The position numbers and the translations under genes are program-made. Positions 40,933-53,513 of a stretch of DNA of 64,000 nt are shown here, in pieces (the first letter of the stretch is position 1; each line of letters begins with the position of its first letter). The notes beneath the pieces were generated by a model. It was not told where the DNA came from, did no database searches, and was given only the letters and a program-made list of their open reading frames with translations. Source of the DNA: Octopus vulgaris (Eukaryota); contig OX597822.1 of assembly GCA_951406725.2 (NCBI GenBank), positions 117,490,001 to 117,554,000 on the forward strand. Reading direction: 5' to 3'.

Positions 40933-41133
40933 GGTGGTGAGCTGGCAGAATGGTTAGCATGTCGGGGGCAAAATACTTAGGAACACTTAGACTGTGTTTA
41001 CGTTCTGAGTTCAAATTCTGCAAGGGTCGACTTTGGGGATCGATAAAATAAGTATCAGTTGAGAGGTGAGGGTCAATTTAATCGACCTAGCCCTCCTCCA
41101 ACACTGCTGGCCTTGTGCCAAAATTTGAAACCA
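40931..41133 (+). mobile_element. SINE family B
   Basis: aaggtggtgagctggcagaatggttagc head; ggccttgtgccaaaatttgaaacc tail. Confidence 0.8.
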
Positions 41134-41548
41134 AAATATGTTTGTGTGTGTAAGTATGTATGTATGTAGTATAATATATATATACTACACACACACAAAC
41201 ACATTTATCTATCTATATGTGTGTGTGCATGTATGTATACAACTAAACTAAACAATTTCATTGAAAACACTTCTTATAAAAATCTGCCGATAATTGGATT
41301 TTTATATGAAAGATATTTCCATGGGTTTTCCAATTAGTTTAAAGAAACATCAGCGTCTATCGACCACTTGGTGCTTGGTGGTGTTTTGTTTGAAGACATT
41401 CCACGTGATCTCGAAAACAAACAACCAAAAGAAGTAAAGGAAAAGAATAAAATAAAAAAAAAAAAAATTAGAACGTTGCCTGTTTATCGGAAATTTTTTT
41501 TCCGGGTATTTAATTAATTTTCTTTATTAATTCGAAAGAACATGAAAA

Positions 41549-41603
41549 CGATGATGATGATGACGACGACGATGATGATGGTGAGAAGGATGAGGAGGAT
41601 AAA

Positions 41604-41635
<32 letters not shown>

Positions 41636-41775
41636 GGAAGAAGAATAAGGGGATAAAGAAAAAGAAGAAGAGGAAGAGGATGAAGAAAAAGAAGAGGAAA
41701 AGGATGGAGAAGAAGAAGAAGAAGAAGAAGAAGAAGAAGAAGAAGAAGAAGAAGAAGCAGTAGCAGCAGCAGCAG
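41549..41775. repeat. (GAT)/(GAA)/(GCA) purine-rich repeat
   Basis: Direct inspection. Confidence 0.95.
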
Positions 41776-42221
41776 TGGGTCTGTAGGAACAGCAAAAGCT
41801 TGTGTAATTGATGGACAAAAGACAGGATTGTTTAGTGATTCGAGATGCTGTTATGAGCAGAAATGTCTTCTGTGGATGACGAAGTACGTCAACAAACAGC
41901 GACCATTTGGGCTTTTTTTTATTCAGTCTATAATATTATGAATACGAATACTATTCGTTTGTGTTTCAATAAAGTATTTTATTTGAGCTGGTTTATTTGA
42001 AATTGAATAAATAAGGAAAAAACCCCCCAAAAAACAACAAAACATTGAAAATGCGAAGACGTAATAAAGTTGTATAATTTAATACTCGATATTGAGCTTT
42101 AACCAAATATGGTCAACCGGCAGCAGTGCAGTTACGTGTTCTCTTTTATGGCTATTTATGTAGAATACGTAACGCCTTGGTTATATATAAACATACACTT
42201 GTCTTATTATTATTATTATAA

Positions 42222-42800
42222 AGCTGATGAGCTGACAGAATCCTTAGTATGGCGGTCAAAATGTTTAGCGGCGTTTCGTCCGTCCTAACGCCGAGGTCGA
42301 CTTTGCCTTTCATCCTTTGGGGTCGATAAAATAAGTACCAGTTGAGCACTGGAGTCGCTGTAATCGACTTACTCTCTCTCTCTCCTGGAATTGCTGGCCT
42401 CGTGCCAAAATTTGAAACCATTATTATCATATAAAAGACGATGAAGCTGACGGAGTCGTTGGCGGCATTTCAGCCATTTTAACGTTCTGAGTTCAATTTT
42501 CGCCGAGGGTAACTTTGCCTTTCGTGGACAATAGAATAAGTACCAATAACGCACTGGGGTCGATGTAATCGACTATTCTTCTCCCTCCAAAATTTCAGCT
42601 CTTGTGCCTGTTGTAAAAAGGATTACTGAAGGCAGCGATCTGGCAGAATCGGTATTGTGCTGGGAGTCATACTTAACGGCATTTCTTCTGGCACTTTATG
42701 TTCTGAGTTCAAATCCTGCCGAGGCCAACTTTGGTTTTCATCGTTTTAGGTTGGATAGTTATAAGTCCGGTTCGTACTCTATCGACTGCTAAATTACAGG
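42222..42800 (+). mobile_element. Cluster of three tandem degenerate SINE-B copies
   Basis: Heads at ~42222, ~42438 and ~42628, each followed by B-box and/or core motifs. Confidence 0.75.
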
Positions 42801-42876
42801 GACTCAAACAAGCTAACAACGATTGCTATGCAGTGGGCGGGGGATAAACCCCAAAACACACAAACACATATGCACG

Positions 42877-42913
<37 letters not shown>

Positions 42914-42929
42914 ATGTATATGTATGTGC

Positions 42930-42976
<47 letters not shown>

Positions 42977-44419
42977 TATATGTATCTCTCTCTCTATATA
43001 TATGTATATGTATGAGGCAGCGAGATGGCAGAAACATTACTAGAAAAGGAAAAGAAAGTAATGAAGGAAAGGGTGGGTAAAGCAGCATACGTTGGGGGTA
43101 GGGACGGAGCCATGGGCCACGTGCCCCAGAGCAAATAGTGTGCTCAGCTGCGCCCCACAGTAATGTCTGCGATGGCCTTGCTACAGGGACAGTCGCCGCA
43201 GCAGCCACTCCACCTCGCGGTGCTCATTTCTGTGACGGGCGGCTGTTATCCCTGTTTTGTGAAGGGAATCGGTTGAACGGGGTTCGAGAACACCAGGCGT
43301 CACGACGGTGACCAGAAAAAACAGTTACTGGCCGGTCAGGCCCCTATGTTTATAGATCTTTCTCTCCTCTGTGTTACGGGCGGTGACAACCGGATTTGCG
43401 GCCGATGTAGCTCGGTTGGAGCAAATCTAAGCAACATCTTCTTCCAAAGATGCTAGTTTCTAGTCGATTCAGTATAAAAATTAGAAATAAATTCTTAGAA
43501 TGAATTACGTAAACCTGAGCCTTAAGATGCAGAGACCATTTAATCGAAGGTGGTCTTCGTTTTTTAAGTTAAAGTAACATAAAAAGCGCAGGCATGGTTA
43601 TAATCGCAGGCATGACTAATATTTTGTTTTTTTGGGGTTAAACTAGAGACAACCCTGGATATTTTCAATATCTTTAACCTGTTTTATGCCAATTTATTTA
43701 TTTAGTGACTTTTTCATTAGTACTTCAGCAAGTATTGCAGAGTGCGAGGCGTCTCTGAAGAGGCTGATTATAAATACACATGTTTCGGTTTTATTGGACT
43801 TCTTCAGCGTACAGATTTGTCAACCATGCTTTCCAGAATGATTAAAAAATAATATTAGTCTTTGGAGCTTATACTTCTTTTTTTTTCTCAACGCATAATT
43901 ATCATACAGACATCGAAATTTATGTTAACATTAACTTAATTAAATATAAGGAGATTGTATTTGAATATGCTAGCTCTTAATATGTTAAATACTATATGAT
44001 GAGTAAGCCTTATAACAACAGATAACTTTGGAAGTATACTCTTGCCAACATGGGTAATATCAGGAAATAATGATTATAATTTAACATATATCATCAGGTG
44101 GTGCTATTAAGTTAGACATGGCCTGGACCAATCATTGGTCGAAACATATCTAAGTTTATCTAAGTTTATCAAATTATAATTTGATGAGATTATCAAATAA
44201 GGAAATGAATACTAATGTTCAAAAGAAAAAATATTTATCACTCTAAGAAAAACAAGTTTCTAATTTGAATAATTCCTCTCTCATTTACTCCCTCTTCTCT
44301 TCTTCCTCATCTCACTCATCTTCTATTTTCTCCTCTTCTTCTTCATTTTCCTCTGTACATAATTTTGGATATGTTTCAGCATTATTAGCCCTTTTCATAT
44401 CAATTTACATGTAAAGGGA

Positions 44420-44759
44420 AAAGGGTAAAGACCCCCTTCGGTCATGAATGACCATGGGATTACATCTAGAAAGTTCCCCTCCAAGGCACAAATACGGGCA
44501 AGGTTGTTTATGGAAGACCAGCAGTCGCCCATGCGTACCAGCCTTCCCTCACTACGATACTGATGTTATCAAAGGAAAGGCAAACGCCGATGCAGCTTGG
44601 CACCAGTGACGTCACAACTCATTTCTACAGCTGAGTGAACTGGAGCAACGCGAAATAAAGTGTCTTGCTCAAGAAAATAACACACCACCCGGTTTGAGAA
44701 TCGAACTCACTACCTCATGATTGTGAGCTTGACGCTCTAACTACTGAGCCATGTGCCTT
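44420..44759 (-). mobile_element. SINE family D (full length)
   Basis: Matches the 29622 copy and includes the tail atggtcattcatgaccgaagggggtc (minus). Flanks aatttacatgta / aatttatatata are TSD-like. Confidence 0.87.
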
Positions 44760-45018
44760 AATAATTTATATATAGTGCTGTACTTATGCTTTGCGACTCT
44801 TTCATTACTACTTCAGAAAGTAGAATATAGTGTGATGCTACTCTGAAAGTCCTGGCGGAAAACTGAAAAATACTTGTTTTATTGGACCTTTTCCACGTAT
44901 GGAGTCTTTGTGGGGATTACAGATAGACGAAATACGATGTCCACCACAGAAGGATTTAGACTCAGAAACGACAGGCCTCAGAGTAAATGCTGAATATTAC
45001 TCGGTCTGGAAATTTACC

Positions 45019-45421
45019 TATTTCTTTACTACCCACAAGGGGCTAAACACAGAAGGGACAAACGGATTAAGTCGATTACATCGACCCCAGTGCGTAACTG
45101 GTGCTTAATTTATCGACCCTGAAAGGATGAAAAGCAAAGTCGACCTCGGCGGAATTTGAACTCACAACGTAACGGCAGACGAAATACCTATTTCTTTACT
45201 ACCCACAAGAGGCTAAACATAGAGAAGACAAACAAGGACAGACATAGGTATTAAGTCGATTACATCGACCCCAGTGCGGAACTGGTACTTAATTTATCGA
45301 CCCTGAAAGGATGAAAAGCAAAGTCGACCTCGGCGGAATTTGAACTCACAACGTAGCGGCAGCCGAAATACGGCTAAGCATTTCGCCCGGCGTGCTAACC
45401 ACTCTGCCAGCTCGCCGCCTT
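45019..45421 (-). mobile_element. Dimeric SINE-B
   Basis: Two units within one 18-bp TSD tcg(g/t)tctgg(a/c)aatttacc. Confidence 0.9.
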
Positions 45422-45989
45422 TCGTTCTGGCAATTTACCGTTTCAACAAACGTTACTGCGAAAGCAAAATTATTAATTTACCGATTTTCATTTGTTTTTA
45501 GCCATTTGTCCCCAGGCTGAAATTGTGAAAGACGCATCACTTGTCAAATCCAGTTGTTCTGCGTTCATTATATTACAATAAACTTCATAACGTATTCTCA
45601 GCGATTGCCGAAGAATGTTTTCTGAAAATCTAAAAATTTATTCAATTCAAAGCAACTCATAATTACATAACCAATATTTTAAATAGCTGTGATGCAAGCC
45701 GTGCATGCAACAAACAACAGAATGGCTTCCGGCAAGCTGGGACTGAAATATTACACTGAATCCCTGGCTGACCCCATTTCTTTTCACTTCACTTGATTCA
45801 GCTATATTGTACTGCGACTAGTCAAAAACAAAGCAATATTTTAGATATTCGTCTAGCTGGCATTATACATTTCGAGCATTGTTCCCTGTAGGCCAGGACA
45901 CTGAAAGTCTGAGATTTTCTGTTGATGAGATTTTCATTTCTTTCATGTGGTCGTCCCATTCTCATTTCTAAAAATCCACTGCAGCAATA

Positions 45990-46218
45990 AGGCTTTCTGG
46001 TTAGGACTTCGCTTTGCAGGCGTATGGCCCCGGTTTCGATCCCAATGTACAACATCATGTTGAAATGTTTTCTACTGTAGCCTTGTGCTGGCCAATTCCT
46101 TGCAAGTGGAACTTGGCATATGAAAACCGTCTGTACGTCTGTCTCTGTATATGTACATATATATGTGTGTATGTGTGTGTGTGTGTACGCAATACACACA
46201 CACACACACACACACACA
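45990..46218 (+). mobile_element. 5' half of a degenerate SINE-A
   Basis: tggttaggacttcgctttgc...cggtttcgatccc...ttctactgtagccttg, then (TG)/(CA) repeats. Confidence 0.55.
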
Positions 46219-46348
46219 AAGTAATCCCTTGCCATATCGCGGTGTACCGGTTCACCTATCACGCATTCAGTACATCGCAGATTTTTCTGGCTGAAATATG
46301 TAAATTTATATCGCAGTCTCCTCAGTATATCGCAGGTTTCTGCGGCCG

Positions 46349-48011
46349 ATCGGTATTCCCTGTTCCAGTCGATGTGGGACAGGGAACAACTCCCTCAAGA
46401 TTTCCGGGACGCAACAATAGTCCACATTTATAAGCGGAAAGGAGATCGGCAGTCCTGCGACAACCACCGAGGTATCTCCCTCTTGTCCATAGCAGGCAAG
46501 ATCCTGGCCCGGGTCCTGCTTGACCGCCTTCTGGAACACTTGGAGCAAGGCCTTCTCCCTGAGAGCCAGTGTGGCTTCCGCGCGGGTCGAGGGACCACTG
46601 ACATGATATTCGCCGCCCGCCAGCTCCAGGAGAAATGCATGGAGCAGCACCTTGACCTCTGCATGACCTTTGTTGACCTCACCAAGGCCTTTGATACAGT
46701 CAGTCGGGAGGGACTATGGAAGGTCATGGGAAAATTTGGTTGCCCCAGCAAATTTATTGCAATTGTCCGCCAGTTCCACGACGGAATGACAGCCAGAGTC
46801 CTTGAAGACGGCAACTCATCTGAAGCCTTCCAGGTGACCAACGGAGTCAGGTAGGGATGTGTCCTGGCTCCAACACTGTTCAGCATCATGTTCTCGGCAA
46901 TGCTGTCCGACGCCTTTAGGGACTGCAAGTCCGGTATCGACAGACGGGAAACTTTTCAACTCCAGAAGATTGCAGGCTGTCACAAAGGTGAGGGAGACAG
47001 TCGTCAGAAACTTTCTCTTTGCTGACGACTGCGCCCTTAATGCAATCGATGAGCAGGAGATGCAGCTCGAGATGGACAGGTTCTCATCAGCCTGTGACAA
47101 CTTCGGTCTCACCATCAGTGCCAAGAAAACCGAAGTGATGTTTCAGCCAGCCCCCGGCAAACAATACCATGAGCCTCAGATAAGGGTGAATGGACGGATC
47201 CTACGAGTGGTGGAAAACTTCACCTACCTGGGCAGCACTCTCTCCTGCAATGCCAACATAGATGCTGAAACCAGCAACAGAATCTCCAAGGCAAGCAGCG
47301 CGTTTGGGAGACTGCGAAAGAAAGTCTGGGAGCGGAGAGGAATCAGCCTCAACACCAAGCTGAAAGTCTACCGGGCAGTCGTGCTTACCACCCTACTATA
47401 CGGCTGCGAGACGTGGACTGCTTACCGAAGGCACGAGCGCCAGATAAACCACTTCCATCTCAGGTGTCTTCGGAACCTCCTTCACATCCGCTGGCAGGAC
47501 AAAGTCCCAGACACGGAAGTTCTGAAGCAGGCAGATCTCCCTAGCACCATCACAATCATGTGCAAGGCCCAGCTGAGATGGGCGGGCCACGTCTCCCGCA
47601 TGTCCGACACTCGCATCCCCAAACAGCTCTTCTACGGTGAACTCGGCCAGGGCAGGCGCAAAGTTGGAGGGCAGAAGAAGCGCTACAAGGATAGTCTCAA
47701 GGTCTCTCTCAAAGACTTTTCCATCGGAACAGAGACCTGGGAGACACTTGCTGCCAACCGCTCATCCTGGCGCAGCGCAATCACCGTGGGAGCAGGGACA
47801 GCCGAGGAGGGACGGATTCGGTCAGCGGAGCAGAAACGTCAGATGTGTAAAGACAGAGCCGCCTGCACCAGTAGCACGGCCCCTACCCACTTCTGCCCCA
47901 CCTGTGGGAGGGGCTTCCTTGCCCGGATTGGCCTCACCAGCCACCTCCGGTCTCATGGCGGCAGTACCATCAGTTGATGTCAGTTGGTCATCTTCGAACC
48001 GAAGGACGAAC
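46349..48011 (+). mobile_element. 5'-truncated RTE-clade LINE
   Basis: RT motifs NHRGISLLSIAGKILARV, QCGFRAGRGT, FVDLTKAFD, LFADD, YLGS; C-terminal C2H2 CPTC...HLRSH; 3' UTR ggtcatcttcgaaccgaaggacgaac. Confidence 0.95.
46372..47977 (+). pseudogene. RTE reverse transcriptase ORF, disrupted
   Basis: In-frame TAG at 46852-46854 (GVR*GCVLAPTLF) and a small frameshifting deletion near 46940; otherwise open to TGA at 47977. Confidence 0.92.
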
Positions 48012-48086
48012 ATTATATATTTTTTAGATTTGAATTATTTCTGTGGGAGGCTTTGGAACGTAACACCCGCGATAGTCGAGGGATTA

Positions 48087-48152
<66 letters not shown>

Positions 48153-48157
<5 letters not shown>

Positions 48158-48458
48158 CAAAGTGGTTTCCTGTCACTGGTGTGATGTGTGACTGCTGTTG
48201 TACTGAAGTTGTCGTTTTACGCTAGTAGCCACAATAGTTACTAGTCATCGGATAGCGTTGTATCTTTTCGTATCGGAATAGTAACACACTAACATCTTCT
48301 GTCTTACTATCGCTAATAGCTCTACAAGACACCAACTAGAACTGTCAACTCAGGACCCGGCTATTGGTCTATTTATAATGGCTTTTTCCCATCACTTTTT
48401 ACCGGGAGGGGTGTACAGTGTCACTATACATCTCTTCTTTTAATTATTTTATTCAACA
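48153..48458 (-). mobile_element. Possible LTR of the adjacent Gypsy remnant
   Basis: Bounded by TGTTG...CAACA; purine tract on the minus strand at 48474-48489. No second LTR is visible. Confidence 0.3.
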
Positions 48459-48489
48459 ATTAACTTCTTTTATTCACCCTACCTCCTCC

Positions 48490-49520
48490 ATTAAATTTTT
48501 TTTTATATACTCAATATCTTTTATTCTTAGGCTCTACTTTTAGAAACTCAGTGTTCTTCCTTTTCTTTGTGCATGTGGTTTCGACTTCTTGTAACGGTGT
48601 TGGAACCTGTAAAGTGTCATAGAGCCAATCCATCGGTATTTCTACTCTTGTTGGTTCCTTTTCTATGACTCTTTCCTTAAGCTGATTTCTATGTTTCCTT
48701 TCCATTCCATTTCTGCTTCTTACACCATACATCATTCTTCTTGTATGTTACAATTTCTCCTTCTTCCCAGTATTGCTTACCATTTCTGTACATTTTTGCA
48801 TATTCCTTATCACCGATTCTAAAAAAAAAAAAAATGACATGTCTTTACTAATATGTATTTTTTTTCTTCAGTGGCAACAATTTATCGAATACAGACTTGA
48901 TCTTTCTCGCAAGCATTAATTCTGCTGGTGAACTTCCTTCTGGCGCATTTGGGTTTAGAGTTACTCGGTATACCCTTAAGAATTGTTGGATCGTGACCTT
49001 GTCCGTGGCTTCCTTATTAGCTTTCTTTAAAGCTCTCTTAAAAGTGTCCACGAACCGTTTGGCCCTTTCATTCGATCTATAGTGCTATAGTTTTATGTTC
49101 TTACGTGAACATCTCACAGAATTAAACTCAAAAGATACAAACTGTGTTCCGTTTTCAGAGACAATTATATCCAGTACATCAAATCTTTTGTGTAGCTCTC
49201 CACTACTATTAAGTAATAATATCCATTTACCGAGCCTACAAAATCGATATGCAATTGGGACCATGGTATTTTCACTTCCGGTCAAGGTTCCCAATTTCTG
49301 GTAAGTAGTTTCGCTGCCAGCGCACATCCTCAGCAGCCTTTTCAATTACCTTGTTCATGCTTAACCAGTATATGAAACCTCGCATCAGCGCTTTCATTCT
49401 AGAGATGCCTGGGTGTCCCACATGGAACTCTTTTAGCATTCCCTTTTTTCCTGTATGTGGTATGACCACCCTCTGAGCGTACATTAGTACTCCATCACAT
49501 ATAGAGTACACTCTCATTCT
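48490..49520 (-). pseudogene. Decayed Ty3/Gypsy integrase
   Basis: HVGHPGISRMKALMRGFIYW (HHCC domain), IIVSENGTQFVS (core D motif mutated), RSNERAKRFVDTFKRAL and SPAELM; frameshifted. Confidence 0.9.
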
Positions 49521-49555
49521 TGGCGGTTCTTTGCGTCAGATCTTCCTTTATTTCT

Positions 49556-49745
49556 GCTCCGGCAGAAGGTAATGGCGAACTTCCGCTGACTCTTTTGCCA
49601 CACCTTTCTCTCACTCTTTCTTCCTGCATCTTGCAGCTCACCTACGACGGACAGGTGTCTCGTCCAGGTGCGGAACCTATACGCCAATGAAACCGGGAAA
49701 CCGGCCCTTATGAGCCAGGCATGGCTCGAGAAAGAGCAAGCAACA
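49556..49745 (+). mobile_element. 5'-truncated SINE family C (Meta-domain-like)
   Basis: cctacgacggacaggtgtctcgtccagg...gaaaccgggaaaccggccttatgagcc...ggctcg; second copy at ~52530. Confidence 0.7.
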
Positions 49746-50233
49746 AGTGCATTTAGTAAAACTGGGTTTTTACGTCAAGAGGATTATTGGTTATATGTAT
49801 TACTCTTTAAAAGGCAGCAAGCTGACAGAATTACTGGATCGTCGGTAAATATGCTTTGTGGTATTTGTTCCGACTCTTCACGTTCTGAGATTAAATTCCG
49901 CCAAGGTCTTCTTTGCTTTTCTTTCCTAATGATATTTATGGTATAAATTAACCACTTCCCATCAACATTGCAGGCCATGTACCAAAATTAGAATCCAAAA
50001 TGTAATATCCTTTCGCCAGAAACAATCTTCAATCATGTACACAAACATTTAGAAATACATAGACAGACACACATATATATGGAAATAATACATCTTTATA
50101 TTTTCAATTGAGATTATCGTACACCCGTTTCTGTTTGAATTATTGCTTACCGTCTTAAGCATTAATTTGAAGATGTTCATCAAATTACTTAATTTTAATT
50201 TGTTTTGTCAATTTGTAATATTTAAGTTCGTAC

Positions 50234-50765
50234 AAGGCGGCGAGCTGGCAGAATCGTTAGCACGTCAGGCGAAATGCTTAGCCTTTCATCCTTTCGGGGT
50301 CGATTAAATAAGTACCAGCTACGCACTGGGGTTGATATAATCGACTTAATCCGTTTGCCTGTCCTTGTTTGTCCCCTCTGTGTTTAGCCCCTTGTGGGTA
50401 GTAAAGAAATAGGTATTTCGTCTGCCGCTACGTTCTGAGTTCAAATTCCGCCGAGGTCGACTTTGCCTTTCATCCTTTCGGGGTAGATTGAATAAGTACC
50501 AGTTACGCACTGGGGTCGATGAAATCGACTTAATCTGTTTGTCTGTCATTGTTTGTTGTCTCTATGTTTAGCCCCTTGTGGGTAGTAAAGAAATATGTAT
50601 TTTGTCCATCTTTACGATCTATGTTCAAATTCCGTCAAGGTCGATTTTGCCTTTGATCATGTTGGGGGTCGATAAAATAAGTACCAGTTGAATACTGCGG
50701 TCAATATAATTGACATATCCCTCTTCTTTGAAACTGCTGGCCTTGTGCCAAAATTTGAAACCGAT
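50234..50765 (+). mobile_element. Trimeric SINE-B
   Basis: Head plus three body units joined at aaagaaata(g/t)gtattt; the last unit carries the alternative tail. Confidence 0.88.
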
Positions 50766-52084
50766 ATTAATATATTTCGTCCTTCCTTCTTCACCATTGT
50801 GAGTCATATTTAGCATTTTAAGTTCTCTCGATATGATTTTTTTTATTGGGCAGAAAATTAGTTAATTGGAATGTGATTATATATTTTATTGATATACGAG
50901 TGTACATATCTGGCAGCTATGATAATGAAACAAAGTCCGTAACAGACCAGATAATACACACATTGCTAATGTGTTGATAGTTGTAAGATGACAAAAAACG
51001 AAATTCTGACATTTCTGTTTTCTTGTCTGTAGAATATTAAATCTGAAACCACCAGATATTCATTTGTAAGAATTTTAAATCGCAAAACATGATATCCGGT
51101 ATGGCTTTGTACCCAATTATATGGTTCAGTTACGTAGTTTTATGTTTGATTTCAGTGTTTAACACTGTGGATCGACCAAAACTTTCGGAAATTTGGTAAG
51201 CAGAAACAGTCTGCAAGAGTATAGAAAGGATCGTTCCTATTATGGGGCCGTGGACTAACCACAATGTCACTACCTGGCCATTGGGTGATTTTTAGCTTAT
51301 TCACTTCGGTTCAAGTTTCCGGTTTGAGGATAACCTTTTCCTTTCCTCCCAAGTCTCGAAAGCAAAGAAAAAAGTGTTGTAGGCATTTTCTTTCTTCCCT
51401 TGACTAAAATGGTCGGTACTTTTATGTCCTGTTTAGAAAGTTTCAACTGGGTTTCGGTAAGGAACACTGCACTCCAAATCCTTAATAGGGACATGATAAA
51501 ACCACTGTGTAACACGATTTTTCTCCTTGAGTAGTAACTGTTATTTCCAATTTGCTTACTCATAGAAAGTATGAAAAATGGCTCAGATTTCCTTGAAACT
51601 TTGCTTTTGTTACATTTATTCAATACGCCCCTCTCAATCCCTCTCAATACATGGCTAAATGCTCTCCCATTACCCCCGCTCATGATCAGAAATGCACATA
51701 TTGTCAGTCACTAAAGGTCAAGCAACTGACAAGCAAATCTGTGATACTGAGCAGAATATTTGCTATAATGATATTTCTGCTTCAGCAACCCAGTGCTGAA
51801 TCTGTCTGAAATGTAATGGAAAATAGGTCAGTTTCAAAACGTTGATGTCCAGTTGACAAAAGCAAAGTTTGAAGGGAATGGTAGTCATTTCGTTTGATTT
51901 CTAGAGAGAAGCAAGTAGGAAATAACACTTACTGACCAAAGACAAATAAATAAATAAGTAAATAAATAAATAATGAAAATTTTGTCCCACAGTGTAATCT
52001 GTGAAATATTAGGGAGTTGACATGAAGAATGCATAATTGAAGCCCCTCAAAATATAATTAAAAAACAATTAAATGGTGATTATC

Positions 52085-52285
52085 CTTGTTGTTTAATCAA
52101 GATTAATATCGCGCAAATATGTAATCAAAAGCATTACTGCCATGTCCAACCTGTATTTTTAGTGTAATATAGGATTTCCTTAACCTATTATACGTCCTTC
52201 GATTATAAAGACAATAAGTTGTGATTCGAGGGAGATTTGGCGACTCTTTCTAGTAGGAAGAGCAACAATGTAGGGAGACTCACGC
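52085..52285 (-). mobile_element. Repeat family F copy
   Basis: tgtgattcgagggagatttggcgactctttctag. Confidence 0.55.
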
Positions 52286-52529
52286 TATGAGGAGAGGAGA
52301 AAGGAGAGATAGAATGCATCTAACTTTCGAAGGTTCTTTTAAATTAGGGAGATTGATGTGGATGATGTCTGGTACAAATATACGTAAGTCAATGTTTGCA
52401 GGGAAAGTGAAGACAGGATGGGAAATCTAGAAGGTTGCAGTTCTTAAGTTAATGGCTCAGACGATTTGTTCCGTGCGGTATTTGGGATGAAAGGAAACTA
52501 AAACAAGACAGGTGGGTCTTGGTGGTGAG

Positions 52530-52755
52530 GGTGTGCGTTTATGAACGAAACACCTTAGCTCCTCGCGGCTCCGGCAGAAGGTAATGGCGAACTTCTGCTG
52601 ACTCTTTCGCCACAACTTTCTCACACTTTTTTCTCTTGCATCTACCAGCTCACCTGCGACGGACCGGTGTCTCGTCCAGTTGCGGAACCTATACACCAAT
52701 GAAACCGGGAAACCGGCCCTTATGAGCCAGACATGGCTCGAGAAAGAGCAAACAA
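52530..52755 (+). mobile_element. SINE family C (Meta-domain-like)
   Basis: Homologous to the 49556 copy, with additional 5' sequence. Confidence 0.72.
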
Positions 52756-53460
52756 GTGCATTTGGTTAAACTGGGATTTTGCGCCGTGAGTTCTATAGGA
52801 TCATTGATAATATGTATCACTCTTTAAAAGGCAGCAAACGGACAGAATTACTAAATCGTCGGTAGTTTAGAAGTGTTTGACTTTATTGACCCTGATGATT
52901 TTTCTAGTCCTGCTTTACAAAGAGAGTGAAAAAATGAAAGAAGGAAAGATACAGCGAAAATTAACATAAGGAGCGCAGAATGAGTGCACATACTAGGCTT
53001 AGTAGCAGACAGTGAGTAAAGGAACGCTTTATACACAAAAGCAGAAAAGATAGAAAGAATCATAGAGACAGAGGAGGAGGAGCACTAAATAACAGAATAG
53101 TTATGAGGGGGGGATTATACGAATGAGAAATTTGTTTCATTGAAATGTATTTAAATATATTTTAAGGCAACTGCGAAAATTAACATTCATCCCATCATTT
53201 TCTGTAGACACCAAGAAATTTGATAAAAGTTAATTTATAGCCATTGTGTTAAATGCCACATTTTCTGATATTACACGAGGTGGCAATAGTATACTTCTAA
53301 AGTTACCCTTCATATAAGGGGTAGCTCTCTTGTACATATAAACGAAGCGCTTCCATAAATGTATTCCAAAGACTAAAAATCGTCTTCAGATCCTTTGAAA
53401 AGTATAAATTTAAAAATGAGAGATGCTGAGCTTATAAAAGTTTAAGATAGGACCGCATTG

Positions 53461-53513
<53 letters not shown>

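Larger units (their letters stand above)
46219..48089. mobile_element. pogo/Tigger-like MITE interrupted by the RTE insertion
   Basis: Left end aagtaatcccttgccatatcgcgg; right end ccgcgatagtcgagggattactg followed by TA. Resembles the CAGT..CCC TIR signature. Confidence 0.6.

Noticed and set aside
46306-48013. Antisense ORFs overlapping the RTE
   Set aside because: Shadow frames of a GC-rich coding sequence.
51297-51683. 128-aa ORF with AVFLTETQL resembling a LINE endonuclease motif
   Set aside because: Single short motif with no further APE motifs recognisable.
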